DNA of 64,000 nt. Source: an uncultured Verrucomicrobiae bacterium. GTDB lineage: Bacteria; Verrucomicrobiota; Verrucomicrobiia; Chthoniobacterales; UBA10450. Below are positions 42,205 through 51,222 of this stretch, piece after piece (the first letter of the stretch is position 1; the number at the start of each line of letters is the position of its first letter). Location: assembly GCA_963772365.1 (NCBI GenBank), contig CAVYXA010000001.1:576001-640000 (forward strand), written 5' to 3'. The translations under genes were made by a program, and so were the position numbers. Under the pieces are notes generated by a model that worked only from the letters and a program-made list of their open reading frames with translations, made no database searches and was not told the DNA's origin.

Positions 42205-42951
42205 ATGAAAACAGTTCAAGTGCTTGGCACACCTCTCACGGTCACCAGCTACGAGGAATTCAGCTATTATTGCAGCAACCTGGCCAGGCAGCCTCGCGCT
42301 TTTGCCGTAGATCTTAGCAACACTCAAGTCATCACCATGCGGCGGCACGAACCATGGTTTCGCGAAATCACCGGCGTTTTCGATTATTTCCTGCCGGACG
42401 GAATGCCGCTCGTGTGGTGTCTGAATCGACGCGGCGCAACGATGCAGGACCGCGTTTACGGCCCCACCTTTATGCGGGTTTGCATGTCGCGTAATCCGTC
42501 GCCCCGGACCCATTATCTTCTCGGCGGCTCTGCCGAATGTCTAGCGCGTCTTCAAAATCGTCTGCTTACTATGCAACCGGAGCTGCGCATTGTCGGCGCA
42601 CGCGATGGATACTTTAGACCAGACGAAGAAGGCGAGATCATAGCTGAGATTAACCGACTCTCGCCCGATTTTATCTGGATCGGTCTGGGAACACCGAAGC
42701 AGCAGGATTGGATTTATCGGAACAAAAAGCAGATCGCGCGCGGCGTGCTTTTCGCCGTCGGGTTTGCATTTGATGTAAATGCCGGCAGCAAGAAAGATGC
42801 GCCGCATTGGATGCAACGTCGGGGGTTGACGTGGGTGTTTCGCCTTTTTAGCGAACCGCGCAGGCTGGCCATGCGCTATCTGCGCTACAACAGCCTTTTC
42901 CTTTTTTATCTTTGCAAAGACGCATTGCTCGGGTGCCGGATAGAGCACTAG
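42205..42951 (+). CDS. WecB/TagA/CpsF glycosyltransferase
   Basis: PDGMPLVW, RVYGP, YLLGG, IGLGTPKQ, VG.AFD..AG...AP.WMQ..GL.W.FRL..EPRRL. Confidence 0.92.
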   Translation: MKTVQVLGTPLTVTSYEEFSYYCSNLARQPRAFAVDLSNTQVITMRRHEPWFREITGVFDYFLPDGMPLVWCLNRRGATMQDRVYGPTFMRVCMSRNPSPRTHYLLGGSAECLARLQNRLLTMQPELRIVGARDGYFRPDEEGEIIAEINRLSPDFIWIGLGTPKQQDWIYRNKKQIARGVLFAVGFAFDVNAGSKKDAPHWMQRRGLTWVFRLFSEPRRLAMRYLRYNSLFLFYLCKDALLGCRIEH

Positions 42952-42999
42952 TCTGCTGTCGCACCGATCGTTTTGCGAATCGCCTGATAGCGCCGTAGG

Positions 43000-43110
43000 A
43001 AAGCGACGCGAGGACGCCGTCGCACTCTTAAAGCTTCGCGAAAAAGCAAATGCTTTTCTACGATTTCACACGAAGTGCTCTCGGAGTGCGGGGCGTCTTC
43101 GCACCGCTTT
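43000..43110. repeat. Long inverted-repeat (REPIN/MITE-like) element between convergent genes
   Basis: Left arm AAAGCGACGCGAGGACGCCGTCGCACTC; right arm reverse complement AAAGCGGTGCGAAGACGCCCCGCACTC. Confidence 0.7.
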
Positions 43111-43179
43111 GTTCTGGGATCCAAAGAAGGAAATCTGCGTCACGTACAGGTCCAGAATGGCAGACATGGGTAAGCAAAC

Positions 43180-44994
43180 TTACATTTTTCGCCCGAATTT
43201 TTTTTCCAACTCGGCGGTGGAGATCTGGATCATGGTGGGGCGGCCATGCGGACAGCAGTAAGGCAGATCGCAGGCCAGCAGATCGCGAATTAGTTGTTCC
43301 ACTTCGGGAAACCGCAGCGGATCGTTTGCTTTGACAGCGTGACGGCAAACGGTGGTGGCAATCATTTCTTCTCCCAGCCGCAAAGCCGAACTGCTATTGC
43401 TGGCAGTTTTGAGATCGTCAATTACCTGTTGCATGAATTGAATCGGATCGGACGCTTTTAAAAACGCGGGCAGACTGTCGATCTTGAACGTGGTGGGTCC
43501 AAAGCTCTCGATCCCGACCCCCATCTTTTGGAGGATCGACAAGTTTCGTTCGACCCATTCGGCGTCACGCGGTGGCAGATCAAAAGTCTGCGGGATCAGC
43601 AACTTTTGCGACGGCACCCCCTGCTCTTCCATCCGGCGCCGCAATTCTTCGAACAAAATCCGCTCGTGAGCGGCATGTTGATCGACCAGCACAAGCCCTT
43701 GGGCGTTCTCCATCAACACGTAAAGCTTGTTCAAAACGCCGATGATCTGGAATTGCTGAGAAGCGGGGCGCGATTGTAGGGCAAGCGCATCGCTTGCTGG
43801 CTCCGACGGCTGCCCGTGTGGCAGGCGGAGCGCCTGCCCTACAATCGGCAATTGCTGGTCCAAAATTTCCTGCGCAGTCGTTTCCGGCCGCAGTTTTAGA
43901 TCGACAGTTGTAGCCTGAGGCGCCGACGCCAGCCCTTTAGATGCCATTACACGCGGATCAGGTCCGCGAAATTTTTCCTGCCAATCGGTGCGTACTTTTT
44001 CCAGTGTGCGTTGGACTGCCGCGACGATTGCCTCACGCACACCGTTAGGATCGCGAAAACGCACTTCGCGTTTCGCGGGATGAACGTTTACATCGACGAA
44101 CACGGGATCGAGCTGCACAAAAAGAAACGTGACGGGAAACTGCCCCTTCATCAGCGCGGTGTGATATCCCTCGCGCAGGGCCGATGTGATGAGCGGGCTT
44201 TCGACGGCGCGACCGTTTACAAAAACCAACTGCTGGGCCCGCGTTTGCCGGCTCAGGCCAGCTTGACCGATTAAACCCGTGATTCTCGGCGCGCCCGGCG
44301 GTCGCGCCCTACCAATCTCATTTACTTCGAGCAAACGATCGAGCAGCTCGTTGCCGTAGAGATCGCGAATACGATCATTCAGCGTCGCTGCCTGCGGAAG
44401 TTGAAACACGACGCGATCATCCCGGACAAAAGTGAACGCGATATGCGGATGCCCGATGGCTTGGAGATGCAACTGATGTTCAATGTTGCGGCTCTCCGTG
44501 TTTTCGGAGCGCAGAAATTTTCTTCGCGCGGGAAGATTATAAAACAACGAGCGCACTTCCACCTGCGTGCCGGCTGCTTCACCTCCGTCACGCACAGTGT
44601 CGATCTTGCCGCCGTTTACCACAATATCGGTTCCGGCGATCTCTTTCTGCTCTCGCGTTGTCAGGCGAAATCGGGCGACGCTGGCTATGCTCGGCAACGC
44701 TTCGCCGCGGAAACCGAGCGTGCCGACTGCTTGAAGATCATCGGCAGAACGGATCTTACTAGTCGCATGGCGCTCGAGCGACAGGAGTGCGTCGTCGCGA
44801 TCCATCCCACAGCCATCATCGACAACCCGAATGAGCGAAATACCGCCCCGCCGAATGAGGATGTCGATCTTACGAGCGCCGGCGTCGATGCTATTTTCGA
44901 CAAGTTCCTTCACGACTGACGCGGGGCGTTCCACTACTTCACCGGCCGCGACCTGGCTAGCGACTATTTCGGAGAGCAGTCGAATCCGGCTCAT
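43180..44994 (-). CDS. mutL: DNA mismatch repair endonuclease MutL
   Basis: AAGEVVERPASVVKELVENS.DA, GFRGEAL, DVNVHP.K.EV, DQHAAHERILFE, CPHGRP. Confidence 0.97.
   Translation of the reverse strand: MSRIRLLSEIVASQVAAGEVVERPASVVKELVENSIDAGARKIDILIRRGGISLIRVVDDGCGMDRDDALLSLERHATSKIRSADDLQAVGTLGFRGEALPSIASVARFRLTTREQKEIAGTDIVVNGGKIDTVRDGGEAAGTQVEVRSLFYNLPARRKFLRSENTESRNIEHQLHLQAIGHPHIAFTFVRDDRVVFQLPQAATLNDRIRDLYGNELLDRLLEVNEIGRARPPGAPRITGLIGQAGLSRQTRAQQLVFVNGRAVESPLITSALREGYHTALMKGQFPVTFLFVQLDPVFVDVNVHPAKREVRFRDPNGVREAIVAAVQRTLEKVRTDWQEKFRGPDPRVMASKGLASAPQATTVDLKLRPETTAQEILDQQLPIVGQALRLPHGQPSEPASDALALQSRPASQQFQIIGVLNKLYVLMENAQGLVLVDQHAAHERILFEELRRRMEEQGVPSQKLLIPQTFDLPPRDAEWVERNLSILQKMGVGIESFGPTTFKIDSLPAFLKASDPIQFMQQVIDDLKTASNSSSALRLGEEMIATTVCRHAVKANDPLRFPEVEQLIRDLLACDLPYCCPHGRPTMIQISTAELEKKFGRKM
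43773..43845. repeat. GTAG REP doublet in frame in the MutL linker
   Basis: ATTGTAGGGCAAGCG...GGCAGGCGGAGCGCCTGCCCTACAAT; one arm matches the reverse complement of 15643-15667; encodes IVGQALRLP...ASDALALQ. Confidence 0.88.
44287..44313. repeat. Single GTAG REP in frame in MutL
   Basis: Minus strand GGTAGGGCGCGACCGCCGGGCGCGCCG (GTAG plus hairpin); encodes GRARPPGAP. Confidence 0.6.
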
Positions 44995-44997
44995 GAT

Positions 44998-45139
44998 TCA
45001 GATGTCAGAGGTCGGAGGTCGGACGTCAAATCAGATTTGAACAAGATAGAATGTGGAACGCGTTATCATTAACGCGCTGGCAACATCAATCCGGCCGCAC
45101 CCGCCAAGCTTCTGCATGTGACTCGTTACGCTCAGCGCG
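44998..45139. repeat. Heptamer repeats plus a GTGG-type REP in the mutL/iscA divergent region
   Basis: TCAGATG TCAGAGG TCGGAGG TCGGACG; GTGGAACGCGTTATCATTAACGCG at 45053. Confidence 0.6.
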
Positions 45140-45175
45140 TTGACTTGAAACGATGAAATCGTAGTGTAGTGACGC

Positions 45176-45538
45176 ATGATCAACGTAACGGAAAATGCTG
45201 TCCGGCAGCTCCGTTCTCTGCTGCAAAAGGCCGGTAATGCAGAGAAAGGATTACGGGTGCAGATCGCGAAGGGTGGTTGCTCGGGTCTTCAATATGAGAT
45301 GGCGCTGGATGAGAAAAAGCCGGGTGATACCGTGGTCGAACGCGGCGGTGTGCAATTCCTTGTCGATGGAGAAAGCGCGACTTATCTGCGCGGCTCGACT
45401 CTCGATTTTCGCGAGGGCCTGACCGCGGCTGGGTTTCAAATCGTGAACCCGAACGCTTCCCGTACGTGCGGATGCGGTTCGTCATTCGAAGCAGGCAATA
45501 TTTCGCCAGCGAATTCGTCCGGCGGCGGAGCAGTGTGA
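45176..45538 (+). CDS. A-type Fe-S carrier (HesB/IscA/ErpA family)
   Basis: GGCSGLQY, NPNASRTCGCGSSF. Confidence 0.92.
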   Translation: MINVTENAVRQLRSLLQKAGNAEKGLRVQIAKGGCSGLQYEMALDEKKPGDTVVERGGVQFLVDGESATYLRGSTLDFREGLTAAGFQIVNPNASRTCGCGSSFEAGNISPANSSGGGAV

Positions 45539-45566
45539 ATCCGCGCAATCTTTCCGTTTCCCCCTG

Positions 45567-47126
45567 ATGGATTACAGCAGCTATTCGTACGACGATCCTT
45601 ACACGCGCCGGCGTCCGGCGCGGGTTAATTATTTCGCCTGGTCGATAGCGATTCTGCTTCTCACGGCATTCGCACTGGCCGCATGGCTGGGCAGTTTCTA
45701 CATCTTCGGACAACCGGAGCGCCCGGACAGTTATCGAATTTTGCAGCGCCTGCATAAAATCGATCCACCGAAGCGGTTCGAGTTAACAGCCGCGCCAGCA
45801 GGCGAATTTCTCAGTGCGAAGCAACTTTACGATCGTTACGCCGCGATGGGATCCGCCGAACTCGCGAAGACCAATGCCGAGCTGGCGCGCAATTACATTC
45901 GTAACTACGGCCAGGTGCGCGGTCTCGTTCCCTACGTGATCGGCCGCTACATGATCATGGAAGCGCGTGAGCTGGGCCCGGGCGATGTTTTCACTTCCGG
46001 GATGGTCGCGTTAACGAGCGCCGTCGATCACGGTGAGCTGTTAATGGAACATCTCTATCCCGCCGATAGCAGCGTGATTCCGCTGATGAAACAAACGCTC
46101 AAGCCCGGTTTGGAAATCAAGTTGGAGCGAACACATGATCTCTCGGCGGTGCTGCATGCTGAAAGATTGAAAGATGGCCGGATGCTGATTACTGCGATGC
46201 CACTGCTCTACGGCACTTACACCATGACACGTGGGCCGGGTGTTTTTCGACTCGAGCCGCCTTCCAATTTGAATCTGGTGGCAGGCTGGCCGCTGTTTAA
46301 AGAACAGGCCCGGCTGAAAGCGGAACTGCATTTCAAGAATTACCGGCAGGAAATGGGATTGGCTCAGGCGTCGGTGCCAATTTCCGGGATATCGCCCGGC
46401 GGCACACCGCCTCCGGCCGAAAATTCCCTGGTTCGCGTGGAGCCGGCCAGACCTGTGGAAACTCCCTCGATCGTTCGCGTTCCGAAAAAAGAGACGAAGG
46501 TCGCAGAGACAACGCCTACGCCGGAAGAGAAATCATCGAAGAAACGCAAGGGCCGTTCCGGCTCGCAAGATGAATTTGTCTTGCCGGTAGCAAAAGCCCT
46601 TCCGGTCACCGCATCGGTTACGCCTATCGCTGTTCCCACCACAACGCCCACTGCTGTGGCGATGGCAGAAACCCCTTCTCCCACCGCTACGCCGGTCCCG
46701 GTTTTGCCGGCACAACCTGCTCCTACCGTTCCGGGCGAGGAACTAGCTTCGACAGCGGGCGGCGGCACGTGGAGAACCTTTGCGCCTGGTCGGATGCCGC
46801 TCGGCAGGCTTATCGACACGAGCGATCTGCGCGATTTCGCCGATCGCGGCGTAGCCGGCGAGCGGCTTTATTTGAGCGGTCAATTCGTGGTCAACTTTTC
46901 CGATGCGAACCGCGCTGTGTTACGCCCGCGGCAGGGTCTGGCCGATAGTGTGCTTCATTTTGGCTCGTCCACGCGCATCATTGTCGATTTTCCCGCCGGT
47001 TATACGCCTCCACGTCAGGGGGCTGTCGTTAATCGTGACCAACGGCGTCCCTATGAAATTACTGAGATTCGCAAACAAGACGACGGCCAGTTGAACGTCT
47101 TTGTCCGCGAAATCATGCAGCCTTAA
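45567..47126 (+). CDS. Hypothetical membrane-anchored protein with a Pro/Thr-rich linker
   Basis: 519-aa ORF with one N-terminal TM segment and two globular regions; no recognised motif. Confidence 0.75.
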   Translation: MDYSSYSYDDPYTRRRPARVNYFAWSIAILLLTAFALAAWLGSFYIFGQPERPDSYRILQRLHKIDPPKRFELTAAPAGEFLSAKQLYDRYAAMGSAELAKTNAELARNYIRNYGQVRGLVPYVIGRYMIMEARELGPGDVFTSGMVALTSAVDHGELLMEHLYPADSSVIPLMKQTLKPGLEIKLERTHDLSAVLHAERLKDGRMLITAMPLLYGTYTMTRGPGVFRLEPPSNLNLVAGWPLFKEQARLKAELHFKNYRQEMGLAQASVPISGISPGGTPPPAENSLVRVEPARPVETPSIVRVPKKETKVAETTPTPEEKSSKKRKGRSGSQDEFVLPVAKALPVTASVTPIAVPTTTPTAVAMAETPSPTATPVPVLPAQPAPTVPGEELASTAGGGTWRTFAPGRMPLGRLIDTSDLRDFADRGVAGERLYLSGQFVVNFSDANRAVLRPRQGLADSVLHFGSSTRIIVDFPAGYTPPRQGAVVNRDQRRPYEITEIRKQDDGQLNVFVREIMQP

Positions 47127-47148
47127 CAAGTCGCGAGGGCTTTCGGAG

Positions 47149-47823
47149 CTAGCCTTCGTTCGACCGGAGAATTAATTTCCCGTCGCGAATTTCGAAGGAA
47201 CGTATTTGGTAGGCCCCCGTGTATTCGGAGACGTAATCGTGCAGCGGTTGTGAATGAAGGCGCCAGTTCAACAGATCGACTGGCACCGGTTCATTATTCA
47301 CCTTGATTCGATTCACCTTCAGGTGTTGGACCGACTGAGCGCCGTCGGATTCGATCACAATATCGGCATTGAAATAGTGGCCCGCGCGTCCAATAAACTT
47401 CGTCAGTGGGACGCTGACCTGAAACCGCAGCCAATTTCCTTCAATCGAAGCGAAAACTTTTCCGGCGAACTCCGGATTGGATGCAATCAGGCTGTTGAGA
47501 TCGTTTCCCGTTAATTCAATCCAGGCAGGGCTACCTTCGTGCACAGTTTGCTCGAATTTTTGCCAGCGTTCACGGACATCCGCCATTTCCGAAGGAGAAG
47601 CTTCAAAGCTCGGAATAGCCGCCGGCCGATCTGCCACTGCGTGTATTTTCGTTAACCAGAGAATTCCACGGGCCACTGCTGACTGGGTATGAATGCCCCA
47701 ATAGACTCCGATTACCAAAGCGAACCCGAGTAACAGACCAAAGATTCCCAGGATGAGGCAGCTTTTGCCAAACAGTCCCATTCCCTTCTTTGGCGGCGGC
47801 TCGATCCAACTGCTGTTTGTCAT
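47149..47823 (-). CDS. Hypothetical membrane-anchored protein
   Basis: MTNSSWIEPPPKKGMG...SCL followed by a TM helix; ATGA overlap with the HIT gene. Confidence 0.7.
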   Translation of the reverse strand: MTNSSWIEPPPKKGMGLFGKSCLILGIFGLLLGFALVIGVYWGIHTQSAVARGILWLTKIHAVADRPAAIPSFEASPSEMADVRERWQKFEQTVHEGSPAWIELTGNDLNSLIASNPEFAGKVFASIEGNWLRFQVSVPLTKFIGRAGHYFNADIVIESDGAQSVQHLKVNRIKVNNEPVPVDLLNWRLHSQPLHDYVSEYTGAYQIRSFEIRDGKLILRSNEG

Positions 47824-48338
47824 CGTGATTCGTTGTCGATCCTGGCCTGAGCGGCGATCAGTTTGTCGTATAGCCCGCGTAATCCCTCCGAGATCGTTCG
47901 CGTTCCAGTGAGGATCGGCATGAAGTTGGTGTCGCCACTCCAGCGCGGCACGATGTGAAGATGCAAGTGATCGAGTACACCTGCGCCGGCGCATTCACCC
48001 AGGTTCAGTCCGATGTTGAATCCTTGGGCGCGCATTACCGTTCCCAACAACTTCTGCGCATGTGCCACCAGACTCCAGAGCTCAACAATCTCGTTTTCAC
48101 CGAGCGCGGCCAGGTCGGCCGTCTTCCGATACGGAACCGCCATCAAATGACCGACTGCGTAGGGATAACGGTTCATCATCAGAAAAGCAGTTTTCCTTCG
48201 AGTGACGACTAAATGCGCCGCATCGTCACTGGCCCTTGCTGCTTCAGACAAAAAATCGGACGTCGGTTTTTCTCTCTCGAAATATTCCACCCGCCAGGGG
48301 CACCAGAGCGTTTCGATCTCTTTTTGCGGAAACTCCAT
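47820..48338 (-). CDS. HIT family hydrolase (Ap4A hydrolase/phosphorylase-like)
   Basis: LW.PWR, N.YPY..GHLM.VP, GFNIGLNLG..AGAG..DHLHLHIVPRW.GD.NFM. Confidence 0.9.
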   Translation of the reverse strand: MEFPQKEIETLWCPWRVEYFEREKPTSDFLSEAARASDDAAHLVVTRRKTAFLMMNRYPYAVGHLMAVPYRKTADLAALGENEIVELWSLVAHAQKLLGTVMRAQGFNIGLNLGECAGAGVLDHLHLHIVPRWSGDTNFMPILTGTRTISEGLRGLYDKLIAAQARIDNESR

Positions 48339-48384
48339 CTTTCCATCTGTAGCGGCGCTCACGGGCCGTCGCAATCCCGGAAAG

Positions 48385-49878
48385 TTAACGCGTGATCAAT
48401 ACATAGCCTCGATCTGGCGTCTGCTGTTGCGGCGCTGATTTCAATTCCGAAAGGGCCGCATCGTGAAGGTGGCGCATCAGATCCGGGGCCTGCCTGCGCG
48501 GCACCACCAGCGCGTCGAGATTGCCGCGGTTCCAATCCATGACGGCTTGATCCTGCGGAACGAAGTGTAATTTGCGCAAATAAAGGAGCAGCCCCTCGTC
48601 GCCGCCCCACATCGCTTCGTAGCGCCAATGCTTCTCTTGTGCTTGGGCACGAACCTGATTGCCAAAAATGACCAGCGCATTTCGATGATTTCGGTAACCG
48701 GCAACGACTTTGGCCAGTGTATAAACGCCCGTAAACAGGATCGACATCGCCAACGCGACTGCGCTCCAAACACGAACAGCCTCACGGCTCGGTTCAGTCC
48801 GCAGCGCGTGCGCCAGTTGTGCTGCCAGCAGCAAACAGAGCGGAGGAATAACGGGAAATATTCGGTCCACTCGCTTGGAAGGAATGAGCGACATCACCAG
48901 CAAACCGCCCAAACTCCAGAAAATCAGCCATAATGTTTCTGGCGAGATCCGTCGGAGCGCTTCGCGAAAGCTCCATCGAGCCGCACGAAGATCGACAATC
49001 GCCAGGCCAATCATAAGCAGACTCCAGGGGGCAAACTTATGAAACAAATGCGGAAGATAAAAATAGATCGGCTGCGGACGATGGACTGTTTCACCGAAGC
49101 GACCGATAAATTCGCGCATCACGACTTGATCGAAAAAATCGGGCTGCAATAAAATTCCGCCGATCGCCCAGATCAGAAAAATCCCGAGCGAAGCCACCCA
49201 GGGCCACCACGCGAGCCAGCCAAAACTGTAGCGGCGGTCTGTGACCGTCGCCGTTTTCGTGAAAAGATTTCGACGGTCACAGACCGCCGCTACAATCAGT
49301 CCAGGTAACAAAAACGCATAAACGATCGGGCCTTTAATCAGCATTGCAGCGGTAAGAAGAAAAAACTGAAGTTGTCGATCGCGTTTCTCCCAGGGGCGCT
49401 TTTCTCGAATATGAATCCAGATTTGCAGACCGATCAGGAAAATCACGAGCGCGAGCGGCATATCGGTCCGCACCAAACTGGCAAGGCGCGGCGTTAACAA
49501 ATTCAAGCCGAACGCGCTTAGAGCGATCAGGCCTGCCATTGGACCGTGGATCAAATTCGCAGCGCGATAGAGGAGGATCGACATCGCCATTGCAGATAGA
49601 ATGGATGGCAATCGCCAAGCCCAATCCCAAGAGCGTGTCGCAGCAAACAAGACGGCCGAGATCCACCCCACTAGTGGCGGCTTGGTTGCGACCTTTTCGT
49701 GCGGCGTCTGTTGATAAAACAGATGACCTTCCTTGACGATTTCAAACGAGGTATAAGCCTGCTTGGCTTGATCGTAGTCATCCAACTGCCAGGGCAGATT
49801 GGTCGCGAGGAACAGAATTCCAATGAGAAAACTGACGATCCAGAGCGTTCGTCGGTCTTCGAGAAAAGCTTTCGTCAT
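48385..49878 (-). CDS. ArnT/PMT-like (GT39/GT83) membrane glycosyltransferase
   Basis: LDDYDQ, TKPPL..W, WRLPS, RTDM, L.KGP, QP.YFY, IPSKR...IFP..PPL. Confidence 0.82.
   Translation of the reverse strand: MTKAFLEDRRTLWIVSFLIGILFLATNLPWQLDDYDQAKQAYTSFEIVKEGHLFYQQTPHEKVATKPPLVGWISAVLFAATRSWDWAWRLPSILSAMAMSILLYRAANLIHGPMAGLIALSAFGLNLLTPRLASLVRTDMPLALVIFLIGLQIWIHIREKRPWEKRDRQLQFFLLTAAMLIKGPIVYAFLLPGLIVAAVCDRRNLFTKTATVTDRRYSFGWLAWWPWVASLGIFLIWAIGGILLQPDFFDQVVMREFIGRFGETVHRPQPIYFYLPHLFHKFAPWSLLMIGLAIVDLRAARWSFREALRRISPETLWLIFWSLGGLLVMSLIPSKRVDRIFPVIPPLCLLLAAQLAHALRTEPSREAVRVWSAVALAMSILFTGVYTLAKVVAGYRNHRNALVIFGNQVRAQAQEKHWRYEAMWGGDEGLLLYLRKLHFVPQDQAVMDWNRGNLDALVVPRRQAPDLMRHLHDAALSELKSAPQQQTPDRGYVLITR
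49227..49294. repeat. GTAG REP doublet with perfect 24-bp inverted arms, in frame in the ArnT-like gene
   Basis: TGTAGCGGCGGTCTGTGACCGTCG-N20-CGACGGTCACAGACCGCCGCTACA; encodes VAAVCDRRNLFTKTATVTDRRY. Confidence 0.92.
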
Positions 49879-49964
49879 GTCGGGCGAAGTCGAGACATCC
49901 CGTGGCATTATTTAAGGCGAACCCACGGGATTCCTCGACTACGCTTCGCTTCGCCCGGAATGAC
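49874..49964. repeat. GTCAT...ATGAC palindromic element spanning the lpxB stop and the ArnT-like start
   Basis: GTCATGTCGGGCGAAGTCGAG..ATCCCGTGG / CCACGGGAT..CTCGACT...TTCGCCCGGAATGAC. Confidence 0.8.
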
Positions 49965-51078
49965 AAGCAATTTCGGCCAGAACTGCCCGGGCCGCTTTTT
50001 CGCTCGCTCCGCCTTCGCCGAGGCTGGCAATGGTTGAATCGAACGCCGCGATCATTCGCTCACGCGCCGCCGTGTCATCAAACAGTTTCAGCACAGTCCT
50101 CGCAATATCAGAAGGCTTCGCATGCTGCTGAATGAATTCGGGCACGATTTCCTTGTTCGCCAGGACGTTTGGCATTCCGAGATGTTTCACATTCACGACC
50201 AGACGCGCGGCGACATAAGTAGGCCATGCCACCTTGTAAACCAGCACAAAGGGAAGACGAAAATAGGCAGCTTCGAGAGTGGCGCTGCCTGACGCAACGA
50301 TACCCGCCCAGGCCCGCTGCATGATTTCCGATGTTTGTCGGACCTCGATTCCGAGCAGATCGCGATTGTGTCCAGTCGCCATGTGCAACATCTCTTTCGC
50401 CAGTTCTTTGGAGGCCGCTGCGACTTCGAAGCGCAGATTTGGTTTCGACTGTCGAAGTTTTTTTGCCGCTTCGACCATGATTGGGAAGATTTTGCGAACT
50501 TCGCGCCGGCGACTTCCCGGAAACAGGCCAATCAAGTTCGGATCGCGTTCGATGTCGATCTTGAGCGGGGGTAACCGCTCGATCATTGGATGGCCCACAA
50601 ATTCCGTCCGCAATCCGGATTTATTATAGAGATCGGCTTCGAAGGGAAAGATGCACAGCATCAAATCGAGATAGCGCGCCATTTTTTTGATCCGGCCGCG
50701 GTTCCACGCCCAGACCTGCGGGCTGATGTAATAGATGATTCTCTGGCCGGTTGATTGTTTCCGGAGCGCACGAGCGACGCGCAGGTTGAAACCTGGGTAA
50801 TCAATCAAGATCACGGCAACGGGTTTCGATTTTTTAATCTCGCCAAGTGTTTGGTGAAACTGCCGCCGGAAATAGCCATATTTTCTAATCACTTCCCACA
50901 AACCGAGGACGGCGGCTTCATCTAACCAGTTCTTAAATCGGTCGCCGGCAATCGCGCGCATTTGCGATCCGCCTCGGCCGATGAAGGTGAAATCGGGAGC
51001 CAGCTTCCGGAGCGCCGACATCAACGCGGCGCCATGATTATCGCCGCTCACCTCGCCCGCGACGAAATAGATGGTCAT
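49939..51078 (-). CDS. lpxB: Lipid-A-disaccharide synthase
   Basis: VAGEVSGD.HGA, IDYPGFN, YYISPQVWAW, IFPFE, FVGHP, PGSR..E, SGSATLE, PE.IQ. Confidence 0.95.
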   Translation of the reverse strand: MTIYFVAGEVSGDNHGAALMSALRKLAPDFTFIGRGGSQMRAIAGDRFKNWLDEAAVLGLWEVIRKYGYFRRQFHQTLGEIKKSKPVAVILIDYPGFNLRVARALRKQSTGQRIIYYISPQVWAWNRGRIKKMARYLDLMLCIFPFEADLYNKSGLRTEFVGHPMIERLPPLKIDIERDPNLIGLFPGSRRREVRKIFPIMVEAAKKLRQSKPNLRFEVAAASKELAKEMLHMATGHNRDLLGIEVRQTSEIMQRAWAGIVASGSATLEAAYFRLPFVLVYKVAWPTYVAARLVVNVKHLGMPNVLANKEIVPEFIQQHAKPSDIARTVLKLFDDTAARERMIAAFDSTIASLGEGGASEKAARAVLAEIACHSGRSEA

Positions 51079-51083
51079 GGAGA

Positions 51084-51222
51084 GAATGACCCAGTTCGAA
51101 TGCCGAAGCTCGAAGGAATGACGAAACACGAATGACCAAACCGAACGAGGGAGGGTGTGCCGATTTTTCGGATTTCGTCATTTGGATTTGTTTCCGATTT
51201 CGTCATTCGGATTTCGTCATTT
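51084..51222. repeat. ORF-less element of two inward-facing heptamer arms (GAATGAC/GAAATCC)
   Basis: Left GAATGAC...GAATGCC GAAGCTC..GAATGAC GAAACAC GAATGAC; right reverse complement AAATGAC GAAATCC GAATGAC GAAATCG..AAATGAC GAAATCC. Confidence 0.75.

Noticed and set aside
50008..50026. TCCGCCTTCGCCGAGGCT in lpxB as another in-frame copy of the 3429 repeat
   Set aside because: It encodes the ordinary LpxB C-terminal LGEGGA segment and lacks the closing arm; probably coincidence.
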